Positions 48,441 through 57,579 of a stretch of DNA of 64,000 bases are shown here, piece after piece (the first letter of the stretch is position 1; each line of letters begins with the position of its first letter). The notes beneath the pieces were generated by a model. That model was given only the letters and a program-made list of their open reading frames with translations. It made no database searches and was not told the DNA's origin. Source of the DNA: Candidatus Bathyarchaeia archaeon (GTDB taxonomy: Archaea; Thermoproteota; Bathyarchaeia; Bathyarchaeales; Bathycorpusculaceae); NCBI GenBank assembly GCA_038883795.1, contig JAVZLK010000002.1, positions 1-64,000 on the forward strand, read 5' to 3'. The translations under genes were made by a program, and so were the position numbers.

Positions 48441-49064
48441 TTAGTGTATTGGAAAGTTGTTTAAACCTTTTATTCTGTTTAGGAATTCCTCCATTTCCTT
48501 TTCTACTTCTTCCTTTCTCTTTGTCAGAAACTCTAATTCTTCAGATATTTCCTCCAGCCATTCCTTAATAGCTAAATTGCACTCTTCCTTTGTCATTTTT
48601 GCAAGATATTTGGAAATATCTTGTGGAGCACGCTTCTTCAATCGATGAAGTGGACAGTTTATCTTTTGAAATTTTGAAAAGGAGAAAAAGTGTCTTGTTG
48701 AGCGGGGTTTCATGAGACGTCCACTGAGTCCCGCCGAGATAACTTTCTCAACACTTATCTCTTCATCTGGATTGCATATGTAACGGTGGATCCTTCTCCT
48801 TCCAACGCGGATTTTTGGGTTTTGGAAGGCGTCGACGAGAATGGCTGGTATTTGTGTGTAACCGAGGCTTTTTAGCGCAAGCCACCGGTGCATTCCATCT
48901 AATATCACATGAGTTTTTTCATCTGCAATTATCGGATACTTTAGCAAACCATCTCTAAGAATTTCTTGTTTCAGTAGTTCCAAATATAGTGGGGAGCCTT
49001 TTTCGTGGGGTTTTAAAGAGTTTATTGGGAGAAAAACAATTTTGAAATCTTGCTTTTCAGTCAT
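48441..49064 (-). CDS. ParB/Srx-fold protein resembling free serine kinases SerK/SbnI, with C-terminal coiled coil
   Basis: LKPHE, PII, LDGMHRW.AL..LG, and VI..G..G.LM.PRSTRH; ATG 10 nt after trpB2 stop. Confidence 0.75.
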   Translation of the reverse strand: MTEKQDFKIVFLPINSLKPHEKGSPLYLELLKQEILRDGLLKYPIIADEKTHVILDGMHRWLALKSLGYTQIPAILVDAFQNPKIRVGRRRIHRYICNPDEEISVEKVISAGLSGRLMKPRSTRHFFSFSKFQKINCPLHRLKKRAPQDISKYLAKMTKEECNLAIKEWLEEISEELEFLTKRKEEVEKEMEEFLNRIKGLNNFPIH

Positions 49065-49074
49065 CTTCCTTACC

Positions 49075-50430
49075 TTAATGACTGAAGGTTGGAACTTCGA
49101 TTTTTTCCGGTTCATAATCTACTAGTTTGCCGCTGAGGAACTGTTCATAGGCTGTTAAGTCGAGCAAACCATGTCCACTATAATTCATTGCGATTACTTT
49201 TTTCTCGCCAGTTTTCTTACATCTTAATGCTTCATCTATTACGAATTTTAGGCTGTGGGCGGTTTCTGGAGCGATTATTAACCCTTCTGTTTGGGCCAAA
49301 ATTTTGGCAGCTTCGAAAACTTCGTTTTGACTGTAAGCTACAGAGCGCATATACCCCTTATGTATTAGGTAGGATATTGAAGGAGCCATTCCATGATATC
49401 GCAAACCGCCAGCATGAATAGGCGGACACGCATATCCATGTCCAATTGTTAACATTTTCAAAAGCGGTGTCATTTTGCCAGTGTCTCCATAATCATATGT
49501 GTAAACGCCCCTTGTCGTGTGGGGAACAGCCTTTGACTCGCAAGCCACAAATTCCGTGTTTGTCCTGCCTTTGAGTTTGTCCATCATAAAGGGATATGCG
49601 AAGCCTGCATAGTTAGAGCCTCCTCCTATGCATCCACAAACTACGTCTGGGTAAGTATCTATTAGTTCAAACTGTTTCTTGGCTTCTAAGCCAACTATTG
49701 TTTGGTGCATGAGCACGTGATTCAGAACAGAGCCCAAAGAGTATCGTGTGTCTTCGTTTGTAAGTGTGTCTTCTATGGCTTCTGTTATGGCTATTCCCAA
49801 AGTTCCTGGGTTTTCCGGGTTTTCTTTGAGCAGTTTTCTGCCGAAGTTTGTTTGTTCGCTTGGTGATGGAAACATTTCTGCGCCGTAAATTTGCGCTATG
49901 ATTCTTCTGCCTGGTTTTTGGTGATAGCTTGCTCTAACCATGTAGATTCGGCATTTTAATCCGAAAATTGTGCATGAGAAGGCTAAGGCGGTGCCCCATT
50001 GTCCCGCTCCAGTTTCCGTCACTAGTCTTTTTATTCCTTGTTCTTTATTGTAGTAGGCTTGTGCTAGGGCCGTGTTGGTTTTGTGGCTTCCCGTAGGGCT
50101 AAAGTTTTCACATTTAAAGTATATTTGAGCTGGTGTTTTCAGATAACTTTCTAATCTTTTTGCCCTATACAGCGGTGTGGGACGTGGAAGCCTTAGATAT
50201 GCATCCAAAACGTCTTCTGGAATTTTTATGTAGCGTTCTGTGGAAACTTCTTGTTTTATAAGTTCTTTCGCAAATATTCTCTCTAATAATTGTGGGCTTA
50301 TGGGTTTTAGGGTTGTAGGGTCTAATGGTGGCGGTAACGGTTCTGGAAGGTCTGCCTGTATGTTATACCATTCTCTTGGTATTTCTTCCGGGCTGAGAAG
50401 CGTGAAGCTTTCGTTGATTTTTTGATGCAT
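49075..50430 (-). CDS. trpB2: Tryptophan synthase beta chain 2 (TrpB2)
   Basis: WYNIQADLP, RPTPL.RA..LE, GSHK.NTA, TETGAGQWG, GSVLNHV, GGGSN, HAGGLRYHG, SGHG. Confidence 0.95.
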   Translation of the reverse strand: MHQKINESFTLLSPEEIPREWYNIQADLPEPLPPPLDPTTLKPISPQLLERIFAKELIKQEVSTERYIKIPEDVLDAYLRLPRPTPLYRAKRLESYLKTPAQIYFKCENFSPTGSHKTNTALAQAYYNKEQGIKRLVTETGAGQWGTALAFSCTIFGLKCRIYMVRASYHQKPGRRIIAQIYGAEMFPSPSEQTNFGRKLLKENPENPGTLGIAITEAIEDTLTNEDTRYSLGSVLNHVLMHQTIVGLEAKKQFELIDTYPDVVCGCIGGGSNYAGFAYPFMMDKLKGRTNTEFVACESKAVPHTTRGVYTYDYGDTGKMTPLLKMLTIGHGYACPPIHAGGLRYHGMAPSISYLIHKGYMRSVAYSQNEVFEAAKILAQTEGLIIAPETAHSLKFVIDEALRCKKTGEKKVIAMNYSGHGLLDLTAYEQFLSGKLVDYEPEKIEVPTFSH

Positions 50431-50439
50431 ACAGATGCC

Positions 50440-50533
50440 CCTTCATGTATGTTTTTGTTCATTTATGTATGGTAATATACTAAAGATGACACGAACATAT
50501 TTATACTTTACTGCACAAAACAGTACATGAAGG
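50440..50533. promoter_or_regulatory. 19-bp inverted repeat bracketing the divergent trpB2 / ACT-regulator promoter
   Basis: CCTTCATGTATGTTTTTGT (50440-50458) versus ACAAAACAGTACATGAAGG (50515-50533): 16/19 complementary; arms end 9 and 10 nt before the two ATGs. Confidence 0.65.
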
Positions 50534-50543
50534 AACCCGAAAT

Positions 50544-51047
50544 ATGTGGAGCAAAATCGTAAAATACCTAGAAGGCTATCCAGAAAGACTAAAAGTAGCC
50601 AGAGTTCTCGTCGAAAATGGACTAAGCGTAAGAAACGGAAAAATCTACCTTAACGAAATCGAAATCCCACCAGTTCGCATAGCCAGAGTCGCCAAAGTAG
50701 ACAGAAGAACAGTAAACGAGACGCTAAATGCCATCCGCACAAACCACGAACTAAAACAAATCTTTGAAGGATTAAGGTCAGCAGGACACTCTTTAAAAGA
50801 AATTGCCAAACATTTAGACTTTGGAGTTGTTGAAATAACGCCTGTGGATGCTAAAATGCCAGGCATACTTGCAGGCTCCGCCTCACTTCTTGCGAAAGCT
50901 GGTTTAAGCATAAGACAAGCAATAGTTGATGACCCAGAATTGTCGCCTGAACCTAAATTGACTTTGATTGCTGAGAAAAAAATTCCAGGCGAATTAATCC
51001 CAGAACTTTTGAAAATAAAGGGCATAGCCAAAGTTTCAGTTTACTAA
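50544..51047 (+). CDS. Predicted amino-acid metabolism regulator with HTH and ACT domains (COG2150)
   Basis: IARVAKVDRRTV HTH; PGILA, SIRQAIVDDPEL..P.LT ACT domain. Confidence 0.88.
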   Translation: MWSKIVKYLEGYPERLKVARVLVENGLSVRNGKIYLNEIEIPPVRIARVAKVDRRTVNETLNAIRTNHELKQIFEGLRSAGHSLKEIAKHLDFGVVEITPVDAKMPGILAGSASLLAKAGLSIRQAIVDDPELSPEPKLTLIAEKKIPGELIPELLKIKGIAKVSVY

Positions 51048-51134
51048 AATAGTTTTATGTTGGCTATCAGCGTATTAAACCGCTATGAATAATAAAGAGA
51101 TTTAACGGGTAAATTACTCTCAAGAGGTCTGCAG

Positions 51135-54100
51135 ATGCTTAGGATAGGCGTTTACGTTTGCCACTGTGGCTTAAACATTGCTGGCGTGGTTGATGTAGAG
51201 AAAGTGGCTGAATACGCTGGGAAATTGCATGATGTTGTGGTGGCTAAGCATTATGTTTACATGTGTTCTGAAACTGGACAGCGCATGATTAAAGAAGACA
51301 TTAAGGCACATAATCTTGACAGGATAGTTATCGCCACATGTTCGCCGAGGATGCATGAAGAAACCTTCCGCAAAACTGTTGCTGAAGCAGGCTTAAATCC
51401 TTACTTGCTTGAAATCGTCAATTTAAGAGAGCACGTCTCGTGGGTTCACAGCGAAGAGCCAGAAAAAGCTACAGAAAAGGCGAAAGACCTTGTGAGGGTG
51501 GGTGTAGCCCGTGCGAGATTTTTAGAGCCCTTACAAAGAAGTAAAGTGCCTGCTGAGAAGAGTGTTTTAGTTTTGGGCGGTGGAATAGCGGGAATACAAG
51601 CAGCCCTTGATTTAGCCAATGCGGGCTTGAAGGTTTTTTTGGTGGAGAAGTCTCCAAGCATTGGCGGAAAAATGGCTTTACTTGACAAGACATTTCCAAC
51701 CCTTGATTGTAGTGCATGTATATTAACGCCAAAAATGACCGAAGTGGCAAGGCATCAAAATATACAATTGATAACTTGTGCAGAAGTGGAAAACGTATCG
51801 GGTTTTGTAGGCAACTATGAAGTCTCTATAATAAAAAACCCGAGATATGTGGACGAAGCTAAATGCACAGGTTGTGGCGAATGCGAAAAGGTATGCCCAG
51901 TTGCATTACCGAACGAGTTTGAATTGAAGCTTGCCGAAAGAAAAGCCATTTACAGACCCTACCCCCAAGCAGTTCCAAACGTTTACACCATAGACAAAAA
52001 GGGCACAGCCCGCTGCAGAGCCGCTTGTCCAGCAGGCGTAAACGCTCAAGGCTACGTTGCCCTTATAGCAAAGGGAAAATTCAAAGAAGCCTACGAGTTA
52101 ATTAGAAAAGCCATACCATTCCCCGCGGTTTTGGGAAGAGTTTGTTTTCACCCATGCGAGAACGACTGTGAAAGGGGCGATGTTGAGGAGCCAATTGCAA
52201 TTTGCGCCCTAAAACGTTATGTTGCAGATTACATGATGAGACAACCCCAAGAGAAGCCTACTCGAATTCCACCAAAATATGAAGAAAAAATTGCTGTAAT
52301 AGGTGCGGGTCCAGCGGGGTTAACTGCAGCTTACGAATTAGTTAGAATGGGTTATTCAGTAACAGTTTTTGAGGCTTTGCCAGAACCAGGCGGCATGTTA
52401 AGGATAGGCATACCAGAATATAGGCTTCCAAAAAAGATTTTGGCGAAAGAAGTTGAATATTTGGAAAGTTTAGGTGTTCAAATTCGCACTAATGTAACTA
52501 TTGGTAAAGATTTAAGTTTTGAAGATTTGAATAAAATGGGGTATAAGGCAGTTTTCTTAGCCGTTGGCATGCAAAAAAGCCTAACATTAGGCATTGAAGG
52601 AGAAGAATTACAAGGCGTTTTTCAAGGCGTCGAATTCTTAAAAAATGTGAATTTGGGTAAAAAAGTTGAAGTCGGAGAACGTGTCGCCGTAATAGGCGGT
52701 GGAAACGTCGCTATTGACGTTTCAAGAGTTGCATTACGGTTAGGCGCCAAAAAAGTTTACATTCTGTACAGAAGGTCAAGAGAAGAAATGCCCGCATTCC
52801 AACCAGAAGTTGAGCAAGCAGGAAAGGAAGGTGTTGAATTTCTCTTCCTCAAAGCGCCTAAAAGAATCATCGGCGAAAATGGCAGGGTTGTCGCTGTTGA
52901 ATGTTTTGAAATGATGCTCACCGAACCAGATGAAACAGGAAGAAGAAAACCAGTTCCTATCGAAGGTTCAGAACATGTAATTCCAGTGGACACAGTTATC
53001 ACAACCATAGGTCAAGCTTTAGATGTGGCTTCTCTACCGAAAGGGTTGAAGCTGAACCATGGCACAATAGAAGTTGACCCCAAAACTCTTCAAACAAACA
53101 TACCCAACATATTTGCAGGTGGAGACGCAGTTTTGGGTCCAGCCACAGTTATCGAAGCAGTAGCAGCTGGGAAAAGAGCGGCAATTTCCATCCACAAATA
53201 CTTACGGGGCGAAGACTTGAAAGCTATTGAAGAGGAAGAGCTGCCTCCAGTTAAGATATCGCCTAAAATAGGCATTGAGAAAAAGAAAAGGCAAGCCATG
53301 CCTCTTCTGCCAGTTGAAGAAAGAATTAGAAGTTTTGATGAGGTTGAGTTGGGCCTTAGCGAAGAAATGGCTATCGAAGAAGCGAAACGTTGTCTTGCTT
53401 GTGGCGGCTGCTCCGAATGCCTAGAGTGCGAAAAGATATGTGAAGCAAAGGCAATTGACCACAAACAAAGGCTTCAAAGAATAAACGTGAAAGTTGGTGC
53501 AATAATAATTGCCACTGGAAGCGAACTTTTCGATGCCTCAAAAATCCAAGAATACAGTTTCGGAAAATCCAAAAACATAATCACAAACCTCCAATTTGAA
53601 AGACTATGCAATGCTTCTGGACCCACAAGCGGAAAAATCCTTTGCCCACAAAACGGCAAAACACCAAAAGCCGTGACTTTCATCCAATGTGTAGGTTCAA
53701 GGGATTCGAGGTTTCATGAATATTGTTGTCGTATCGGTTGCATGGCAACATTAAAGCAAGCAATCCTCACTCGAGAAAAACTTGGCAAGGAGGTGGATAT
53801 TTATGTTTGTTTTAATGACATGCGGGCTTTTGGTAAGGGTTATGACGAGTTTTATGGGCGAGCAAGAGAAATGGGCATAAACTTTGTCGCTGGCTTGCCC
53901 TCCGAAATCCGCTGCGCCTCTGATGGTTCGCTTTACTTTGACGTTTATGATAAGGGAACAAACAAGCTCTTAGAACTGCGTTCAGACCTTGTTGTGCTTG
54001 CCAGCGGGCTTGTCCCTAACAGCGACTTGGGAAAAATAAGCAGCATATTCCATGTTTCAAGAAGCGCCGATGGCTTCCTATTAGAAGCCCATCCGAAACT

Positions 54101-54518
54101 TCGCCCTCTGGAAAGTGCAATAACTGGAATTTTCATTGCTGGCACATGCCAAGGTCCAAAAGATATCCCCGATACTGTGGCTCAAGCAAGTGGGGCAGCA
54201 GCAAAAGCCATAGACCTTTTGGCAAGTGGGGAGATTGAGCTTGAACCATTGAAAGCAGTTGTTGACGAAGACTTATGCAGTGGCTGTCGCCTTTGCGAGG
54301 CAATATGCCCATTTGTTGCCATAGAGATGAAAACTGAAACTTTGGATGGTGCTGAAAGGGTTAGGGCTGAGGTTGTAGAAGCCATGTGTCAAGGCTGTGG
54401 TTTATGCGTTTCAGCTTGTCCCACTAAGGCTATTATAATGCGCCATTACACTGATGAGCAATTCCTTGCGCAGGTTAAGGCTGCATGTTTAGAAACGGAA
54501 GCCCTTGGAGGTGGCTAA
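51135..54518 (+). CDS. HdrA with inserted GltD/NfnB-like NAD(P)H oxidoreductase module (HdrL-type)
   Basis: HdrA N-terminus (VCHCGLNI, DKTFPTLDCSACIL); insert CRAACP, GRVCFHPCENDC, GAGPAG, GGGNVAID, EAKRCL; then QCVGSRD, GTCQGPKDI, C-terminal ferredoxin. Confidence 0.9.
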   Translation: MLRIGVYVCHCGLNIAGVVDVEKVAEYAGKLHDVVVAKHYVYMCSETGQRMIKEDIKAHNLDRIVIATCSPRMHEETFRKTVAEAGLNPYLLEIVNLREHVSWVHSEEPEKATEKAKDLVRVGVARARFLEPLQRSKVPAEKSVLVLGGGIAGIQAALDLANAGLKVFLVEKSPSIGGKMALLDKTFPTLDCSACILTPKMTEVARHQNIQLITCAEVENVSGFVGNYEVSIIKNPRYVDEAKCTGCGECEKVCPVALPNEFELKLAERKAIYRPYPQAVPNVYTIDKKGTARCRAACPAGVNAQGYVALIAKGKFKEAYELIRKAIPFPAVLGRVCFHPCENDCERGDVEEPIAICALKRYVADYMMRQPQEKPTRIPPKYEEKIAVIGAGPAGLTAAYELVRMGYSVTVFEALPEPGGMLRIGIPEYRLPKKILAKEVEYLESLGVQIRTNVTIGKDLSFEDLNKMGYKAVFLAVGMQKSLTLGIEGEELQGVFQGVEFLKNVNLGKKVEVGERVAVIGGGNVAIDVSRVALRLGAKKVYILYRRSREEMPAFQPEVEQAGKEGVEFLFLKAPKRIIGENGRVVAVECFEMMLTEPDETGRRKPVPIEGSEHVIPVDTVITTIGQALDVASLPKGLKLNHGTIEVDPKTLQTNIPNIFAGGDAVLGPATVIEAVAAGKRAAISIHKYLRGEDLKAIEEEELPPVKISPKIGIEKKKRQAMPLLPVEERIRSFDEVELGLSEEMAIEEAKRCLACGGCSECLECEKICEAKAIDHKQRLQRINVKVGAIIIATGSELFDASKIQEYSFGKSKNIITNLQFERLCNASGPTSGKILCPQNGKTPKAVTFIQCVGSRDSRFHEYCCRIGCMATLKQAILTREKLGKEVDIYVCFNDMRAFGKGYDEFYGRAREMGINFVAGLPSEIRCASDGSLYFDVYDKGTNKLLELRSDLVVLASGLVPNSDLGKISSIFHVSRSADGFLLEAHPKLRPLESAITGIFIAGTCQGPKDIPDTVAQASGAAAKAIDLLASGEIELEPLKAVVDEDLCSGCRLCEAICPFVAIEMKTETLDGAERVRAEVVEAMCQGCGLCVSACPTKAIIMRHYTDEQFLAQVKAACLETEALGGG

Positions 54519-54520
54519 AT

Positions 54521-55030
54521 TTGGGCTTGACTGATTTGATGTCTATGGCTAAATCAAACGCAGAAGCCCGCGAAAAAATCTTGTCAAAACTTGGTGGAAA
54601 AGAGCTTGTCAACTGTTTTCAGTGTATGAAGTGTACAAGTGGATGCACCGCCCTAAAACTTTTGGAGTTAAAACCTCATGAGATTGTGAAACTCGTGAAT
54701 TTGGGCTTTGTTGATGAGTTGACGGCTTCCGACATAATTTGGACTTGCGCCACATGCCTAAAATGTGTTGAGCGGTGTCCCCAAAAGGCTTCCCCCTACC
54801 ATGTGATTATCGCATTGCGAAATCTTGCAGTTGAGAGAGAGACCAAAGTGCCAGAAGGATATTTGAAAGCTGTTTCGCAAATTCTTGAGACGGGTTTAGC
54901 GGAAACTGTTCAAAAAGTTGTGACGAAAAAAATGGAGACTTTTGACCGTGAAAACCTAAAACTGCCAAAAATTACTCTACCTAAAGAAGGTTTTCAATCT
55001 GCTTTTATGAAAATGCTGGAGGAGAAATAA
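54521..55030 (+). CDS. hdrC: Heterodisulfide reductase subunit C-like
   Basis: CFQCMKCTSGC, IWTCATCLKCVERCP; TTG 54521 after GGAGGTG. Confidence 0.88.
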   Translation: MGLTDLMSMAKSNAEAREKILSKLGGKELVNCFQCMKCTSGCTALKLLELKPHEIVKLVNLGFVDELTASDIIWTCATCLKCVERCPQKASPYHVIIALRNLAVERETKVPEGYLKAVSQILETGLAETVQKVVTKKMETFDRENLKLPKITLPKEGFQSAFMKMLEEK

Positions 55031-55031
55031 A

Positions 55032-55901
55032 ATGAAGGTTGCTGTTTTTTGGGGTTGTCGAATATTAACAAGCCAATACGCTTATGAAATGTCGATGAGG
55101 GAAGTTTTTCCAAGGCTAAATGTTGAACTTGTGGATTTGCCTGAAACCAACTGTTGTGGAGACCCTGTTAAAAGCATGAACGATTCAGCAGCAAATTATT
55201 TGGCAGCGAGAATTTTAGCCTTAACAAACAAAACTGGCTTAGAAAATCTGCTCGTTCCATGTAATCGTTGCCACTTCGCAATTTCTGAGGCAAAGGATGC
55301 CATAAACAAAAATGAAAAAATCGGTAAGAAAATTATTGAATTATTAAAGGAGGAAGGTTTACAATATAATTCTCATATCAAAATTTGGCATCTAATCGAC
55401 TTTTTACATGATTTTGTTGGCTTGGACGGTGTTAAAGTGGCGGTGCAGAAACCCCTTAATGGTTTAAAATTTGCCACACATGTTGGTTGCCAGATTATAC
55501 GTTACACCGACTTGGGCAGAGTTGACAATTCGGAAAATCCGAGGAAACTGGATGAGCTTGTGCGCATTTTGGGGGCAGAAACAGTGGATTATGCTGAAAA
55601 ATTGGACTGTTGCGGTGCCGCTTTGCTGCATAGCCATCCAGACTCTGCCCTTTCTTTGGCTGGTGCAAAAATTAAGGCTTTACAGAATTTGGCTGTGGAT
55701 GGTTTGGTTGTTTCTTGTCCAGAATGTGGTTTAATGTTTGACGCTAAACAGAAGGACGCTCAAGCAGTTGTTGGAGCAAAACTTGGCATGCCCGTGTTAT
55801 ATTATACGCAGTTGTTAGGCTTAGCCCTAAACATTGGAGTGGAGAAGCTTGGTTTGCATTTAAACCAAAGTCCAGTTGAAAACTTTTGCCGCTGTTTCTA
55901 A
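55032..55901 (+). CDS. hdrB: Heterodisulfide reductase subunit B-like (CCG domains)
   Basis: FWGC, NCCG, PCNRC, HVGC, DCCG, SCPEC, YYTQLLGLA. Confidence 0.9.
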   Translation: MKVAVFWGCRILTSQYAYEMSMREVFPRLNVELVDLPETNCCGDPVKSMNDSAANYLAARILALTNKTGLENLLVPCNRCHFAISEAKDAINKNEKIGKKIIELLKEEGLQYNSHIKIWHLIDFLHDFVGLDGVKVAVQKPLNGLKFATHVGCQIIRYTDLGRVDNSENPRKLDELVRILGAETVDYAEKLDCCGAALLHSHPDSALSLAGAKIKALQNLAVDGLVVSCPECGLMFDAKQKDAQAVVGAKLGMPVLYYTQLLGLALNIGVEKLGLHLNQSPVENFCRCF

Positions 55902-56015
55902 TGTAAATTTTTAAGCGATTTGTAAATTACATTTACGCTAAAGTATTTTCGGTAAATACTATATATGCAAATGGAATATATCATTCAAGCAGTCTAAATA
56001 TTTTTGGTGACATAA

Positions 56016-56264
56016 GTGGGACAACTAGAAACGCTAAACCTTCAGAAAGTCAACGAAAAATCCAACATAGTAGGGGTTAGGCCATTTAAATGTAATAATC
56101 ACATGGTGCACAACATCAAAGTAATCGAATATGCGGATGGTTCAATATGGGTTTCATGCCCACTTTTCGGCTGGTACACTGAAAACTGTTATGGAAAAGC
56201 TATTTTAAAACTTGGGTGTAAAGAAAGAAAGAAACGGTGCACTTGGTATATAGGTACACGCTAA
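56016..56264 (+). CDS. Small Cys/His-containing hypothetical protein
   Basis: 82 aa, GGTGA SD before GTG, five Cys; no family recognised. Confidence 0.5.
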   Translation: MGQLETLNLQKVNEKSNIVGVRPFKCNNHMVHNIKVIEYADGSIWVSCPLFGWYTENCYGKAILKLGCKERKKRCTWYIGTR

Positions 56265-56349
56265 CAAACTCTTAACAAAATTTTGCTGAAAAAGCTGAAC
56301 AACTCTTTTATATCCCAACTTTAGTAGTTAGGCTTCAAGGTGAAAGTTT

Positions 56350-57567
56350 ATGGTAGATTTCGCTTTCACAGAAGAACAAGAACTCTTTCGCAACGCCCTA
56401 AAAGAATGGTGCCAAAAAAGTTTACCACTAGAAAAAATTCGGGAGTTTGACAGAAACGGCGAGATTCCAAAGGAAATAATAAAACAGATGGCTGATTTGG
56501 GCTTGCTTGTTATGACTGCACCGCAAGAGCATGGCGGGACAGGGGCTGACTGGGTTACCGCCTGTATCGCCGGAGAAGAGTTAGGTTATGCTGACATAAG
56601 CATTGCCATTCCAGTTTTTTGGCTTGTGGAATCCTCCTGGGGTTTTGTTGTCGACAGATACTGCACTGAAGAAGTTCGCGAAGCAGTTATCCGTCCAGCA
56701 ATAAAAGGTGAAGCCTTCATCGGTATTGCCTCCACAGAGTCTGGCGGAGGCTCCGATGTCGCCGCCTTCAAATCCACAGCCCGTAAAGAAGGAAACGATT
56801 GGGTTTTGAATGGAGAGAAAATGTATATCAGCGGAACAGAAGAAGCCAAAAAACTCGGCGGAGGCTACTTCGTCATCGCCAGAACCTCACCTGCACCACC
56901 AGAAGCCCCCCATCGTGGGATGACAGGCTTTTACCTGCCAATAAATGCGTCTGGGGTTGAAATTAACAAGCGCTTTGATGACATGGGAAGGATGGCGATT
57001 TCCACGGGCGGTTTTATGATGAAAAATGTTAGGATACCAGACTCGTACCGCATTGGCGAAGTGGATAAGGGCTTCTATTTGACTATGGAAGGCTTTGACA
57101 ATGCACGAATACTGATAGCTGCAGTTTGTGTTGGAGCTGCAAAAAGAGCGCTTGAAATTGGTATGGAATACATTAAAGAGCGGAAGGCCTTCGGCAGACC
57201 CATCGGCAAGTTTGAAGGAATACAATTTGAATTGGCTGATGACTGGGCGCAACTTGAAGCATTGCGTTCACTCACTTATCGAACCGCATGGATGAACGAC
57301 AAAAAGTACAAAGAAGGCAAATTCACTCCTCTGGAAGTGAGCAGAATGATTGCTGCTTGCAAACTGATGGCACCACATTTCGCCTTCGACGTTTTCAAAC
57401 ACGCCATGATTTGGCTTGGCGCCTACGGTTACACAAAAGAATGCCCATTAGAAATGGGATTACGTGGAATAATGTCCTACTGCGTCGGAGCAGAAGGAGC
57501 CACAAACATTCAAAGAATAGTCATAGCCAGAGAACTTTTGGGCAAAGAATACATACCCTACAAATAA
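56350..57567 (+). CDS. Acyl-CoA dehydrogenase
   Basis: TESGGGSDV, LNGEKMYISG, GE..KGF, R.AFGRPI..F, GAYGY, EGATNIQRIVIARE. Confidence 0.93.
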   Translation: MVDFAFTEEQELFRNALKEWCQKSLPLEKIREFDRNGEIPKEIIKQMADLGLLVMTAPQEHGGTGADWVTACIAGEELGYADISIAIPVFWLVESSWGFVVDRYCTEEVREAVIRPAIKGEAFIGIASTESGGGSDVAAFKSTARKEGNDWVLNGEKMYISGTEEAKKLGGGYFVIARTSPAPPEAPHRGMTGFYLPINASGVEINKRFDDMGRMAISTGGFMMKNVRIPDSYRIGEVDKGFYLTMEGFDNARILIAAVCVGAAKRALEIGMEYIKERKAFGRPIGKFEGIQFELADDWAQLEALRSLTYRTAWMNDKKYKEGKFTPLEVSRMIAACKLMAPHFAFDVFKHAMIWLGAYGYTKECPLEMGLRGIMSYCVGAEGATNIQRIVIARELLGKEYIPYK

Positions 57568-57579
57568 TCCGCACCATCT

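Noticed and set aside
48441-49064. ParB partition protein or mobile-element marker
   Set aside because: No HTH, parA or integrase nearby; motifs fit the enzymatic SerK/Srx-like branch better.
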